Shown one piece after another: positions 39,630 to 49,098 of a stretch of 64,000 nt of DNA (positions are counted from its first letter, which is position 1; every line of letters starts with the position of its first letter). Source of the stretch: Gammaproteobacteria bacterium (lineage in GTDB: Bacteria; Pseudomonadota; Gammaproteobacteria; UBA4575); NCBI GenBank assembly GCA_965243395.1, contig CBDEUS010000002.1:160001-224000 (forward strand), in the 5' to 3' direction. A program made the translations under genes and the position numbers. The notes below the pieces were generated by a model that was given only the letters and a program-made list of their open reading frames with translations, ran no database searches and was not told the origin of the DNA.

Positions 39630-41120
39630 ATGATGGCAAAACAATTCAAACTCTTCATACCTGGCTTAATACTAGCAATAAGTTTCCTATTTAGTGGTTG
39701 TGCCACCAACCCTGTAACGGGTAAGCAAGATTTTGCACTTATTTCAGAAGAAAAAGAAATCAAAATAGGCCAACGCGAACACCAAAACATACTTAAACAA
39801 TTTAAAAAACTAGAAAACCCCGGTTTACAAAATTATGTGGAAGGACTTGTCCAAGAACTTGCAAGTAAAAGCCATCGCAGTAATCTAGATTTTCATGTGA
39901 CAGTTCTTGATAGCCCAGATATCAATGCGTTTGCGTTACCCGGAGGTTATATATATATCACTAGGGGCATCATGGCCTATATGAATTCGGAAGCAGAATT
40001 AGCAGGTGTGCTTGGGCATGAGATCGGTCATGTAACAGCAAGACATGGAGTTAGACAACAAAGTGCAGGTCAAGCTGCTGGTGCAGCTGTAACAATTTTA
40101 GGAGCTGCTACCGCATGGATCACTAGGGACGGAAGAATAGCTAACGAAGTAGCTAATCAAGCCGGTAGAGGTAGCTTAGCTCTTATTAGAGGTTATGGTC
40201 GTAAACACGAACTTGAAGCAGATCGCCTCGGCGCTGAGTATTTAGCGAATGTGGGATATGACCCAGAAGAAATGATTAACGTTGTCGAGATTCTTAAGGA
40301 TCAGGAAGATTTTGATAAACAGTTAGCAAAAGAAGAAGGTCGTGAGCCACGTGCCTATCATGGCACTTTTTCAACTCACCCATCTAATGACTTACGTCTT
40401 CAAGAAGTTGTACGAGCAGCAAATAAGATTACAACTGCTTCAACAAGAGATGCCAACCGTGAAGAATTCTTGAAATACATGGACGGCATAGTGTTAGGTC
40501 ACAATGAGGCAGACGGAATACTTCATGCAAATAAGTTTTACCATAAAGACTTAGATTTATTTATTGAATTTCCCGAAAATTGGAGCATAAGAAATTTGCC
40601 CGATCGTTTAATTGCTCAGAATAAATCGGGCGATGCCCAATTACAAATTACACTACAACAGCTTAAATCTGGTCAATCGCCTAAACAATATTTAGAGGAA
40701 TTAACGAAGGGAAATATAAAAAATGGAGAAGCATTTAAAACCACCAGCTTCAATGGATACACAGGCCTTACTACTGTAAAAATTCAAGGTGGTTCTGTTC
40801 CTGCTCGCGTCGCAGCAATAGCAAGCGATCAAAAAGTTTACCAGGTAACAATAATAGCAAAGGATTCAAACGCTCTTAAAAGAAATGACGGTGCGACTTA
40901 TGCAATGTTAAGGAGTTTTCGAAATTTGAAGCGTAGTGATTTGAAGTTTGCTAGTGCAAAACGTTTAAAACTCGTACGTGTAAAAAAAGGCGATACATTT
41001 TCCTCTTTAGCAAAAAAATCGAATCTGTCACACCACCCTGTTGAACAACTACAATTACTAAATGGCATGTATCCTGACGGAGTGCTAAAAGAAGGCCAGC
41101 TTGTCAAAATTGTCCAATAA
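39630..41120 (+). CDS. M48 family metalloprotease lipoprotein with C-terminal LysM-like domain
   Basis: GCATNPVTG, NAFALPGG, HEIGH, STHP, KGDTFSSLA. Confidence 0.88.
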   Translation: MMAKQFKLFIPGLILAISFLFSGCATNPVTGKQDFALISEEKEIKIGQREHQNILKQFKKLENPGLQNYVEGLVQELASKSHRSNLDFHVTVLDSPDINAFALPGGYIYITRGIMAYMNSEAELAGVLGHEIGHVTARHGVRQQSAGQAAGAAVTILGAATAWITRDGRIANEVANQAGRGSLALIRGYGRKHELEADRLGAEYLANVGYDPEEMINVVEILKDQEDFDKQLAKEEGREPRAYHGTFSTHPSNDLRLQEVVRAANKITTASTRDANREEFLKYMDGIVLGHNEADGILHANKFYHKDLDLFIEFPENWSIRNLPDRLIAQNKSGDAQLQITLQQLKSGQSPKQYLEELTKGNIKNGEAFKTTSFNGYTGLTTVKIQGGSVPARVAAIASDQKVYQVTIIAKDSNALKRNDGATYAMLRSFRNLKRSDLKFASAKRLKLVRVKKGDTFSSLAKKSNLSHHPVEQLQLLNGMYPDGVLKEGQLVKIVQ

Positions 41121-41153
41121 ATTAGTTTCTTTTCTAACCAATTAAATGACAGC

Positions 41154-41183
41154 AAAGCGACTCTTTAGTAGAGTCGCTTTTTT
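41154..41183 (+). terminator. Rho-independent terminator
   Basis: AAAGCGACTCT-5-AGAGTCGCTTT followed by a T run. Confidence 0.85.
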
Positions 41184-41202
41184 ATTTCCATAAGATAAAT
41201 CT

Positions 41203-42093
41203 GTGACTGATAACGTCTACCTTGTAGATTCAAGCATCTATGTGTTTCGTGCTTGGTTTACCGTTCCTGATCATGTTGTCAATAAGAATAATGAACCTGT
41301 AAATGCGGTATATGGTTTTGCTGATTTTGTATTTCAATTTTTACAGCAGGCTAAACCAAATTATGTAAGTTTTGCGTTTGATGAAAGCCTGCAATCCTCT
41401 TTTCGTAATGAAATTTATCCTGACTACAAAGCGAATCGTGATCCAGCTCCCGAAGAATTAAAACGTCAATTTAAGTATTGTCGCGAATTCATAGAAGCTT
41501 TGGGCATTTGCCAGATTGGAAGCCCTCATTATGAAGCGGATGACTTAATTGGCACTTTAGCAACTCGCATGCGCGACAAAGGCCATAAAATTACTATTAT
41601 TTCTTCGGATAAAGATCTGGCACAACTGATTACAGAAAATGACACATTTTGGAATTTTGCCAAAGGCCAACGGCATTCCATTCCACAAATAAAAAAGCAA
41701 TTTGGTGTGTATCCGTATCAAATTGCAGATCAGTTAGCGATTGCAGGAGATAGTGTAGACAACATTCCTGGGGTGCCTGGAATTGGCATGGCTACGGCAG
41801 CCAAATTATTAAATAAGTTTTCCAGTTTAGATGAATTGTTAGAAAACATTCAAAAAATAAGCGATATGAAAATTCGTGGTGCTAAACGCATTCAAAATTT
41901 AATCGACGAGCATCAGAAAGAGTTACTACTATATAGAAAGCTCACAGGCATAGAATGCAAAGCAAAACTGTCAGAAAATGTAAAATTAAAAAGAAAAAAA
42001 CCAGACTTCACGATGTTAAATGACCTGTTTGAGCAACTTGATTTTGGCGAGTTTCGTAAAGAAAAATGGATGAGGTTTTTGAAAGCTGCCTAA
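41203..42093 (+). CDS. 5'-3' exonuclease / flap endonuclease (PolI N-terminal-like)
   Basis: YKANR, EADDLIG, SDKDL, GDSVDNIPGVPGIG. Confidence 0.9.
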   Translation: MTDNVYLVDSSIYVFRAWFTVPDHVVNKNNEPVNAVYGFADFVFQFLQQAKPNYVSFAFDESLQSSFRNEIYPDYKANRDPAPEELKRQFKYCREFIEALGICQIGSPHYEADDLIGTLATRMRDKGHKITIISSDKDLAQLITENDTFWNFAKGQRHSIPQIKKQFGVYPYQIADQLAIAGDSVDNIPGVPGIGMATAAKLLNKFSSLDELLENIQKISDMKIRGAKRIQNLIDEHQKELLLYRKLTGIECKAKLSENVKLKRKKPDFTMLNDLFEQLDFGEFRKEKWMRFLKAA

Positions 42094-42094
42094 A

Positions 42095-42676
42095 ATGGCT
42101 AAGCTTATCCTTTTCAACAAACCCTATGGTGTTCTCAGCCAGTTTACGGATACCAACAAAGATAAAAGCTCAAATAGGCAAACTCTCAAAGACTTTATTG
42201 ATATTCCGAATGTCTATGCTGCGGGCCGCTTAGATAAAGATAGCGAGGGTTTATTACTCCTTACTGATGACGGGAAATTACAAGAACGTATTGCCGACCC
42301 TCGATTCAAATGGGCCAAATATTATTGGGTGCAAGTCGAAAGAGAGTTGAGCGACGAGTCTATACAAAAGCTCCGCCAAGGGCTAAAGCTCAAAGACGGG
42401 ATGACATCACCCGCAGAGGTCCATTGTATTGCTGAACCTGATCATCTTTGGGAAAGAGACCCACCTATACGCTTTCGCAAATCAGTGCCTACGCAGTGGT
42501 TAGAAATCGTAATTAAAGAAGGCCGTAATCGCCAAGTTCGCCGTATGACGGCAGCTATCAATCACCCCACTTTAAGACTTATTCGTCACCGCATTGGCCC
42601 TGTGAACTTGGGCTCGCTAGAACTGGGTAAATATAAATGTATTGCTGCCGATAAGATAGTGAATGAATATGTCTAG
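42095..42676 (+). CDS. rluE: rRNA pseudouridine synthase (RluE-like)
   Basis: FNKPYGVLSQF, GRLDKDSEGLLLLT, EGRNRQVRRMTAA. Confidence 0.85.
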   Translation: MAKLILFNKPYGVLSQFTDTNKDKSSNRQTLKDFIDIPNVYAAGRLDKDSEGLLLLTDDGKLQERIADPRFKWAKYYWVQVERELSDESIQKLRQGLKLKDGMTSPAEVHCIAEPDHLWERDPPIRFRKSVPTQWLEIVIKEGRNRQVRRMTAAINHPTLRLIRHRIGPVNLGSLELGKYKCIAADKIVNEYV

Positions 42677-42892
42677 CTATAAACATTCTGAATAGAAAAT
42701 ATTGGAAAAATTTTTATATCTAATTAGTGCTTGTTAGTAGTACTTTTACATGTTAAAAACCGCAAAAATTAACTTTATCCTGTTAGAAACGCCATTTAAG
42801 CTAATTCAAATTGTCGTATAATTATTTTGCGATCTTAATTACATCTTTCTTAAGATTGTAAAGCAATTACGCTTGTTCATAGGAGCTGAGCC

Positions 42893-43570
42893 TTGCGTAT
42901 CATCATACTTGGTGGGCCTGGAGCCGGGAAAGGCACTCAGGCTAACTACATTGCAGAAAAATATAATATTCCGCAAATTTCAACCGGAAACATGCTACGT
43001 GCGGCCATCGCACAAGGATCTCCACTTGGTCTGCAAGCTAAAGAAGTCATGGAATCGGGTGGCTTGGTCTCAGATGAAATTATATTAGGCTTAGTTACCG
43101 ATCGAATCGCTCAGGGTGATTGCAAAAATGGTTATTTATTCGATGGATTCCCACGTACCATTGCTCAAGCTGAAAGTTTGAAGAGCCAAAACTTACATAT
43201 AGATTATGTTATTGAAATATATGTAGATGATGATGAAATTATCAAACGTATAAGCGGTAGACGCTACCACCCTGCATCAGGACGCACTTACCACGTTGTT
43301 TTTAACCCTCCCAAAAATGAAAATCATGATGACATCACTGACGATACGCTTATACAACGCCAGGATGATAAAGAAGAAACTGTCCGTGCAAGGTTAAATG
43401 TTTATCACACTCAGACCCAACCTTTGATTGAGTATTATTCGAATTGGGCTGCCACTGGGGATGTAAAAGCACCGAGGTTTATTCAAGTAGACGGCAGTGG
43501 AAGCATCACTGAAGTTCGCGATCAAATTTTTCATTCGCTAAGCGATATCAAAGCTGCAGCACATATCTAA
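42893..43570 (+). CDS. adk: Adenylate kinase
   Basis: [20 protein letters not shown] region. Confidence 0.96.
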   Translation: MRIIILGGPGAGKGTQANYIAEKYNIPQISTGNMLRAAIAQGSPLGLQAKEVMESGGLVSDEIILGLVTDRIAQGDCKNGYLFDGFPRTIAQAESLKSQNLHIDYVIEIYVDDDEIIKRISGRRYHPASGRTYHVVFNPPKNENHDDITDDTLIQRQDDKEETVRARLNVYHTQTQPLIEYYSNWAATGDVKAPRFIQVDGSGSITEVRDQIFHSLSDIKAAAHI

Positions 43571-43579
43571 ATTTTTTAA

Positions 43580-44071
43580 TTAACAGTCATTTTTTTTTGA
43601 CTTTGTTGACGCACTTGAATCTACGATTAAGTGTTCCAATCCATGTCGCAAATTTTTTGTAGAAATATGTACTTCCACGAGCAATAGGAGTAATGAAAAA
43701 ATAATTAACATCATTGCCGCTACAAATAAGTAAGCAATGACTGCGTCTAACCTAAAAGCTGTAATATCACCAAGAAATAAACTCATCACAACCAGACAAA
43801 CTGCCAGAGCCGAACCCACGGCTAGGCGAATGGCCCAATTAATGATTTTTGTCCGTTGCTCTAGAACGCCTGCTTCTCGCCATAGTAATTCCTGATGTTC
43901 GCTTAATTGAGCGACATGAATACTTCTATCGACACTGCGAGTACGATCAACAACTCGGCTTAGTCGGTGAGATAACACTGTTAAAAACCCGGCAATACCG
44001 GCTAGTAAAAAAACTGGCGCAACGGCTAACTGAATAACCTGTGAAATTTCGTGAATGAATACAGTATCCAT
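43580..44071 (-). CDS. DUF2721 membrane protein
   Basis: IQLAVAPVFLLAG...RLSRVVDR. Confidence 0.8.
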   Translation of the reverse strand: MDTVFIHEISQVIQLAVAPVFLLAGIAGFLTVLSHRLSRVVDRTRSVDRSIHVAQLSEHQELLWREAGVLEQRTKIINWAIRLAVGSALAVCLVVMSLFLGDITAFRLDAVIAYLFVAAMMLIIFSLLLLLVEVHISTKNLRHGLEHLIVDSSASTKSKKNDC

Positions 44072-44125
44072 AGCATTTGGTAAACGTATAAAGCTTATTA
44101 AAAATTCACTGTTGTGTTTACTGAA

Positions 44126-45226
44126 TTAATGTTTGGCACCCAACTTTAGCGCACGTTGTTTGACCGCTTCTTTGTCCGGCACTTGATAATTAGTTGAGCT
44201 TTCTGGCCAACCTTGGCTATGTTGCATAATAATATTACTTAGAGCATCAATATGAACTTTCTCTGCATTCAATGCAGGAATGTAATTGAATGATTCCCCA
44301 CCGGCATCTAGAAATACGCCTCGATTTTCCATATTGATCTCTTCCAGCGTTTCAATACAGTCTGCGGAAAAGCCAGGACAAAAAACATCTATAGACTTAA
44401 CGCTTTGTTGAGGCAGTTCTTCCATTGTTTTAATAGTATAGGGTTGCAGCCATTCTGCTTTTCCAAAACGTGATTGAAAAGTTAATTGCCACTGCGATTC
44501 ATTGAGATTTAATTTTTCTGCAATTAAACGCGCCGTTTCATGACACTCACAATGGTATGGGTCCCCGAGTTCTAAATTACGTTTGGGTAAACCATGAAAA
44601 GAAAAGATTAATTTCTGGCTTTGCGAATGTTCATTCCAATAATTTTGAATTTGAGTTGCACAGGCACTTATATAATCTTTATCTGAGCCGTAATTATTCA
44701 CCATTCTCAATTCAGGCATCCAACGTTGTTGCATGAGCTCTGCTGCAACGGCATCAAATGTGGATGCCGTCGTACTCGCAGAATATTGAGGATACAAAGG
44801 CAGCACCAGAATACGTTTTGCATTATTTTGCTTTAACTCTTCAAGACCAGACTGAATGGAAGGTTCGCCATAACGCATCGCCAGTACAACTTTGACTGGA
44901 CCAGGAAATTTGTCATCGAGCTGCTTTTGTAATTCATCGCGCTGTTGCTTGCCAATCACCAACAAGGGTGAACCTTCATCTGTCCATATTTTTTGGTAGT
45001 CCACTGCTTTGGCTCTAGGTCGCGTATTTAAAATAATACCGTTTAAAATGAACCACCAGATCGGCCTTGGGATTTCAACTACTCGTGGGTCCCAAAGAAA
45101 TTCTGCAAGATATTTTCGAATTGCTTTTGGTGTAGGTGCAGCAGGTGTCCCCAAATTTGTAATGAGTACGCCTAAGCAAGCATCGCTTCCATGGACATAG
45201 CTTTCTTTGCCTTTGAATTTCGGCAT
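44126..45226 (-). CDS. hemH: Ferrochelatase
   Basis: NLGTP, LYPQYS, FSFHG, FQSRFG, DCIETLEEI. Confidence 0.96.
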   Translation of the reverse strand: MPKFKGKESYVHGSDACLGVLITNLGTPAAPTPKAIRKYLAEFLWDPRVVEIPRPIWWFILNGIILNTRPRAKAVDYQKIWTDEGSPLLVIGKQQRDELQKQLDDKFPGPVKVVLAMRYGEPSIQSGLEELKQNNAKRILVLPLYPQYSASTTASTFDAVAAELMQQRWMPELRMVNNYGSDKDYISACATQIQNYWNEHSQSQKLIFSFHGLPKRNLELGDPYHCECHETARLIAEKLNLNESQWQLTFQSRFGKAEWLQPYTIKTMEELPQQSVKSIDVFCPGFSADCIETLEEINMENRGVFLDAGGESFNYIPALNAEKVHIDALSNIIMQHSQGWPESSTNYQVPDKEAVKQRALKLGAKH

Positions 45227-45361
45227 TAGTTACTTCTTATGTGCTCGTATTATGCTTTTGTGAAGCACAGACTACTGAAAAAGGTGGTCAATTAGCAACA
45301 CTATAGACCAAGACGTAAATAAGAAAATTTATAGCTATTGATAATGGAAAAGCTTATCAGC

Positions 45362-45946
45362 CTACATACTTAGGCGTTTGTGCAGTGGGCTGGTTCGAGG
45401 AAAATGCGCCAATAAAAATTTCATTTGGTCCGCGAGTACTCTGCGACCTTGTAAATAAATATATTCAGCATGTGTTGGAATGAAGGGGATCGCTAATAAT
45501 TGCATATTAGCCTGTTCAGGCGTCTGCCCTGCTTTATGGTTATTACAACGCTTGCATGCCGTGACAACATTATTCCATTCATCCGATCCACCCTGACTAA
45601 TTGGACGAACATGATCACGGGATAATTCTCTGCGATCAAATCTTTCACCGCAATAGAGACATAAATTTGCGTCGCGTTTAAAAAGAGTGCGATTGTTCAA
45701 CGGTGGAATATAACTCTCATGTAGGGATTTATTATTGCCATGTGTGGCAATGATTGAATGAACTTCGATCTCGCTACGAATTCCGCTGCGGGCATTCACA
45801 CCGCCATGAATGATATATAAGCGCTCACCACAGGTATAAGCAACCTGCTCTCCATGATAAAGGCGAGCGGCATCCTGGTAATTGATCCATTCCATTGGCA
45901 TACCGGATACATCCGTGCGTAGTACTTGAAGACCGAGATCAATCAC
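45362..45946 (-). CDS. HNH endonuclease family protein
   Basis: CLYCG...DHVRPISQGG...NVVTACKRCNNHK. Confidence 0.88.
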   Translation of the reverse strand: MIDLGLQVLRTDVSGMPMEWINYQDAARLYHGEQVAYTCGERLYIIHGGVNARSGIRSEIEVHSIIATHGNNKSLHESYIPPLNNRTLFKRDANLCLYCGERFDRRELSRDHVRPISQGGSDEWNNVVTACKRCNNHKAGQTPEQANMQLLAIPFIPTHAEYIYLQGRRVLADQMKFLLAHFPRTSPLHKRLSM

Positions 45947-46082
45947 TATCGTTACTCCAACGAATCATTGGTTGCAAACTTTATAGGTAAACCACAAACC
46001 ATTGCAATCAAAGATTTGACCATATAAATACTACAAAATTCTTAAAACCCTGAAATTAGTGTGAGATTGAGGACGTTATTCT

Positions 46083-47036
46083 TTAATGAGACGTTTGATT
46101 ACCACCATCGTTGACAGCACGGTCCAGTGCTGCCTGGCTGCGTGCGATTAAAAGATCCGCATAATCCTCTTCCGCCATCTCCGCAACACCAATAGAGATT
46201 GTAAATGTTTCATTCAATTTTTGGTCCCCAAGAACCAAATGATTCACCACATGATGCAAGCGTTTAGCTACATTTTCCGCTTGTATTTCGTCTGTACCTA
46301 TTAAAATTAATGCCAAACAACCATCATCGTATTTTACTACCAAATCCATGCCACGCAGTTCTATTTGTATTGCATTTGCAACGGCTTCAAAAATTTTGTC
46401 CGCTGTATATACTCCATAAGATTGGATAAAATTATTATATCGATCAATTTTCAACATCATCACAGATAACGCACGGTTACGCATATCGCAACGCGTCATT
46501 TCATATGGAAGCGTTTCTTTCATCCATTCTTTTTTGTATAAACCTGTTATCTGATCTTTTTCATTTTTGATCTTACTTCTAGCTTCTTCATGTAGCTGTT
46601 GATAGAGCATTCGATTTAGGTCAAGCATACGTTTGACAAACAGCTTCATTAAATTTTTAGCAAAATTTAAATCACTAGAAACAAATTCCCACAAAAGATT
46701 TTCAGGAATTTCCAACACCTTACATTTGGACTGCGCTATTACAAATGCACTGGTGGGTTGTCCACCTATAACTGACATCTCACCAACCGTATCACCTGGA
46801 TTTAATATTACGACAGCCGATGCATCTTCCTGTAAATGCATACCCAAATGCCCGCCAACAATGACAAACATGGAATTATTGGTCTGGTCTTTATAGAGAA
46901 GCATCTCACCAGGATTTAAGGTTTTACTTGAACATTTTGTGAGTAGACCAGCGCACTGCTCTAAATCTACAGAGCCAAATAGACCAAGACGCGATAACGT
47001 AGAGAGCTCACGGGTATCACCAGGCGCTATGGTCAT
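46083..47036 (-). CDS. cNMP-binding domain + degenerate GGDEF protein
   Basis: GEMSVIGGQPTSA; GGDEF position reads DDGCL; RGMD I-site retained. Confidence 0.8.
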   Translation of the reverse strand: MTIAPGDTRELSTLSRLGLFGSVDLEQCAGLLTKCSSKTLNPGEMLLYKDQTNNSMFVIVGGHLGMHLQEDASAVVILNPGDTVGEMSVIGGQPTSAFVIAQSKCKVLEIPENLLWEFVSSDLNFAKNLMKLFVKRMLDLNRMLYQQLHEEARSKIKNEKDQITGLYKKEWMKETLPYEMTRCDMRNRALSVMMLKIDRYNNFIQSYGVYTADKIFEAVANAIQIELRGMDLVVKYDDGCLALILIGTDEIQAENVAKRLHHVVNHLVLGDQKLNETFTISIGVAEMAEEDYADLLIARSQAALDRAVNDGGNQTSH

Positions 47037-47211
47037 GAAACAAATCGCATTGGTTAAAAAATATACTTTATCCCAATCGCAATTAATTTAAAACTCAAGA
47101 ACCAAAACGTCTTAATTCAATCAGATAATTGACCGGACAGGTAAATGCGAAATCAAGGATTTTATTAGGGATTACAAGTCAATTGTTGCCGTTCTGGAAA
47201 TATTTCTTTTA

Positions 47212-47682
47212 CTACCTTTGTTTATTTTTTTGTTTATGTTTTTTACGAAACGCTTTACGTTCTTCTGGAGACATACTTTGCCACTTTTTGCGCAATCTTT
47301 GTCGTTTTTCTGGCGGCAAATCTTTAAACCATTTATAACGCTCACGAATTTTTTGTTGTTGCTCAGGTGGTAATTGCTCAAACCTTTGAAATCGTTCACG
47401 TACTTTTTGCTTCTTATCAGCATCAAATGACTGCCATTTTTCTAAACGATATTTAGCTTTATCGCGTTGTTCGGGCGACATGTTTTGCCAGCGTTCAGCA
47501 CCACGTGATAATTTTTTTTGCTTTTGTGGTGATAGCTCTTGCCAACGATCTTCATATCCTTTCAATAGTCGCTTTTGCTCGGCATTTAGTTCATTCCACT
47601 CAATTGCATCTTGAGCTTGTACAGATACACAAAGCATAAGTAAAACTAAAATAGTGGTGAATCTATTCATATTCGACATCAA
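47212..47682 (-). CDS. DUF3106-like exported helical-repeat protein
   Basis: W..LSP/MSPE repeats; lies in the ECF operon. Confidence 0.75.
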   Translation of the reverse strand: MMSNMNRFTTILVLLMLCVSVQAQDAIEWNELNAEQKRLLKGYEDRWQELSPQKQKKLSRGAERWQNMSPEQRDKAKYRLEKWQSFDADKKQKVRERFQRFEQLPPEQQQKIRERYKWFKDLPPEKRQRLRKKWQSMSPEERKAFRKKHKQKNKQR

Positions 47683-47896
47683 CTGTAATCTCTTCGCCTA
47701 TCTCAGCTTCATCTATAATTGATAAAAATATTTCAAACCATTCATCTCCATCAGCTTCAACAGACCCTAATACTTCTAAAAACTCTTCATCCAACTCTTC
47801 ATCTGTATTTGCCTGAGTTGCATCATAAGTTTCAGCTAAACCTTGCTGTAACATAAAAATTAAACATAAACTTGTAGTGCACTTAACCAGTGACAT
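47663..47896 (-). CDS. Small acidic exported hypothetical protein
   Basis: Signal peptide; overlaps its neighbours in the ECF operon. Confidence 0.55.
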   Translation of the reverse strand: MSLVKCTTSLCLIFMLQQGLAETYDATQANTDEELDEEFLEVLGSVEADGDEWFEIFLSIIDEAEIGEEITVDVEYE

Positions 47897-48233
47897 CTTC
47901 TTCAGCTAACCAAGTGTAAAACTCCAGTTCTTCGTATAACTCGAATGTATCTTGTGATGCAATTAATTCAATGGCTTCTACACCTTCGCCTTGTAAAGGC
48001 TGATTAAGTTGCGTGTTTACAATGATCACAGCAAGTAATATTGAAAACGCGGTTGCAGTAACAGCAAAAAACTTTGCAGTACCAAATTTTCTTGGCGAGC
48101 TTTCAAGCGCTTGCTGTCTGGCAGCAACAAGGCGTTGACTGGTTTCGGCATTAATGCGACTTACAGAATCATCTAAAGCTTCACATACTTGCGAAACTAA
48201 TTTTTCATCATTTAAATTTTGGTCTTCTTTCAT
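47883..48233 (-). CDS. Putative anti-sigma factor (DUF3619-like)
   Basis: RLVAARQQAL, TM, ELEFYTWL. Confidence 0.7.
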   Translation of the reverse strand: MKEDQNLNDEKLVSQVCEALDDSVSRINAETSQRLVAARQQALESSPRKFGTAKFFAVTATAFSILLAVIIVNTQLNQPLQGEGVEAIELIASQDTFELYEELEFYTWLAEEDVTG

Positions 48234-48772
48234 ATGTTTTCCTGTAACTGTTCACGCAAAAAATGTATAGCGCGTGAATAATGAGTTTTCACACTACCCT
48301 GTGAACAATTCATAACTTTTGCTGTTTCAGCAACATCCATTCCTTCCCAGGCACGTAATAAAAAAGCCTGTCTTTGTCGGGGTGATAACTGTTGAATGAA
48401 GTGATTTGTCCGTTCAACAGAATCCTGTAAATCAGCTTTGGCATTAGGGCTCATCTCGTTACTACTCGCCTGCTGAACGGGATCATAAAAATCATCCTCA
48501 TCTTCATTGCTAGTAAACCAAACTCGCCAACGACTTTGAGTAGAATTTTTACGATGAAAATCCATAATGCGATTATTTAAGATACGATAAAACAACGGCG
48601 CCCATTGCTCTGCTGGTTTATGTGCATACTTACTTGCTAATTGCATCATGGCATCCTGCACTATGTCCAAAGCATCGTCCCGATTTCTTGTAGATAATTC
48701 GGCCATACGAAAAGCACGGCGTTCCACCTTAATCAGAAAATCTTCAAGCTGCTGGTGTTGTGTTGAATTCAA
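48230..48772 (-). CDS. ECF RNA polymerase sigma factor
   Basis: DALDIVQDA, LSPRQRQAFLLRAWEG, GSVKTHYSRA. Confidence 0.92.
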   Translation of the reverse strand: MNSTQHQQLEDFLIKVERRAFRMAELSTRNRDDALDIVQDAMMQLASKYAHKPAEQWAPLFYRILNNRIMDFHRKNSTQSRWRVWFTSNEDEDDFYDPVQQASSNEMSPNAKADLQDSVERTNHFIQQLSPRQRQAFLLRAWEGMDVAETAKVMNCSQGSVKTHYSRAIHFLREQLQENI

Positions 48773-48888
48773 ACTTCCCTCTACTGTTCAGCAACTTTTC
48801 ATTAACCCACGGCCATAAAGCCCTTACAATATTAGTAACGCATCAGCGTCTATTTGGTTGACACTTTATAAAAGGGATTAGTGCCAGA

Positions 48889-49095
48889 TATTCCACAATG
48901 TTAATGTAATTTATTCACATTATCGGTTAATTTATAAATCTCTGGCGATAGGATTTCTGGAAAGTAAACTGTACAAATTATAGCCATATATATCAGTGAC
49001 TTAAATAAATCTCGTTTGAATATAACGGTTTCAAGGGCTAAGCGAACTAACAATTTAAACCATTTAATGCCATCTTATCCACAGAGTTATCCACA
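48889..49095. promoter_or_regulatory. DnaA boxes upstream of priA
   Basis: TTATCCACA at 49075 and 49087, TTATTCACA at 48911, TATTCCACA at 48889; IHF-like site at 48991-49003. Confidence 0.65.
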
Positions 49096-49098
49096 GTT

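Noticed and set aside
45362-45946. HNH nuclease as a defence or homing element
   Set aside because: Stand-alone gene among core genes with no methylase, intron or partner; looks like the common chromosomal HNH family
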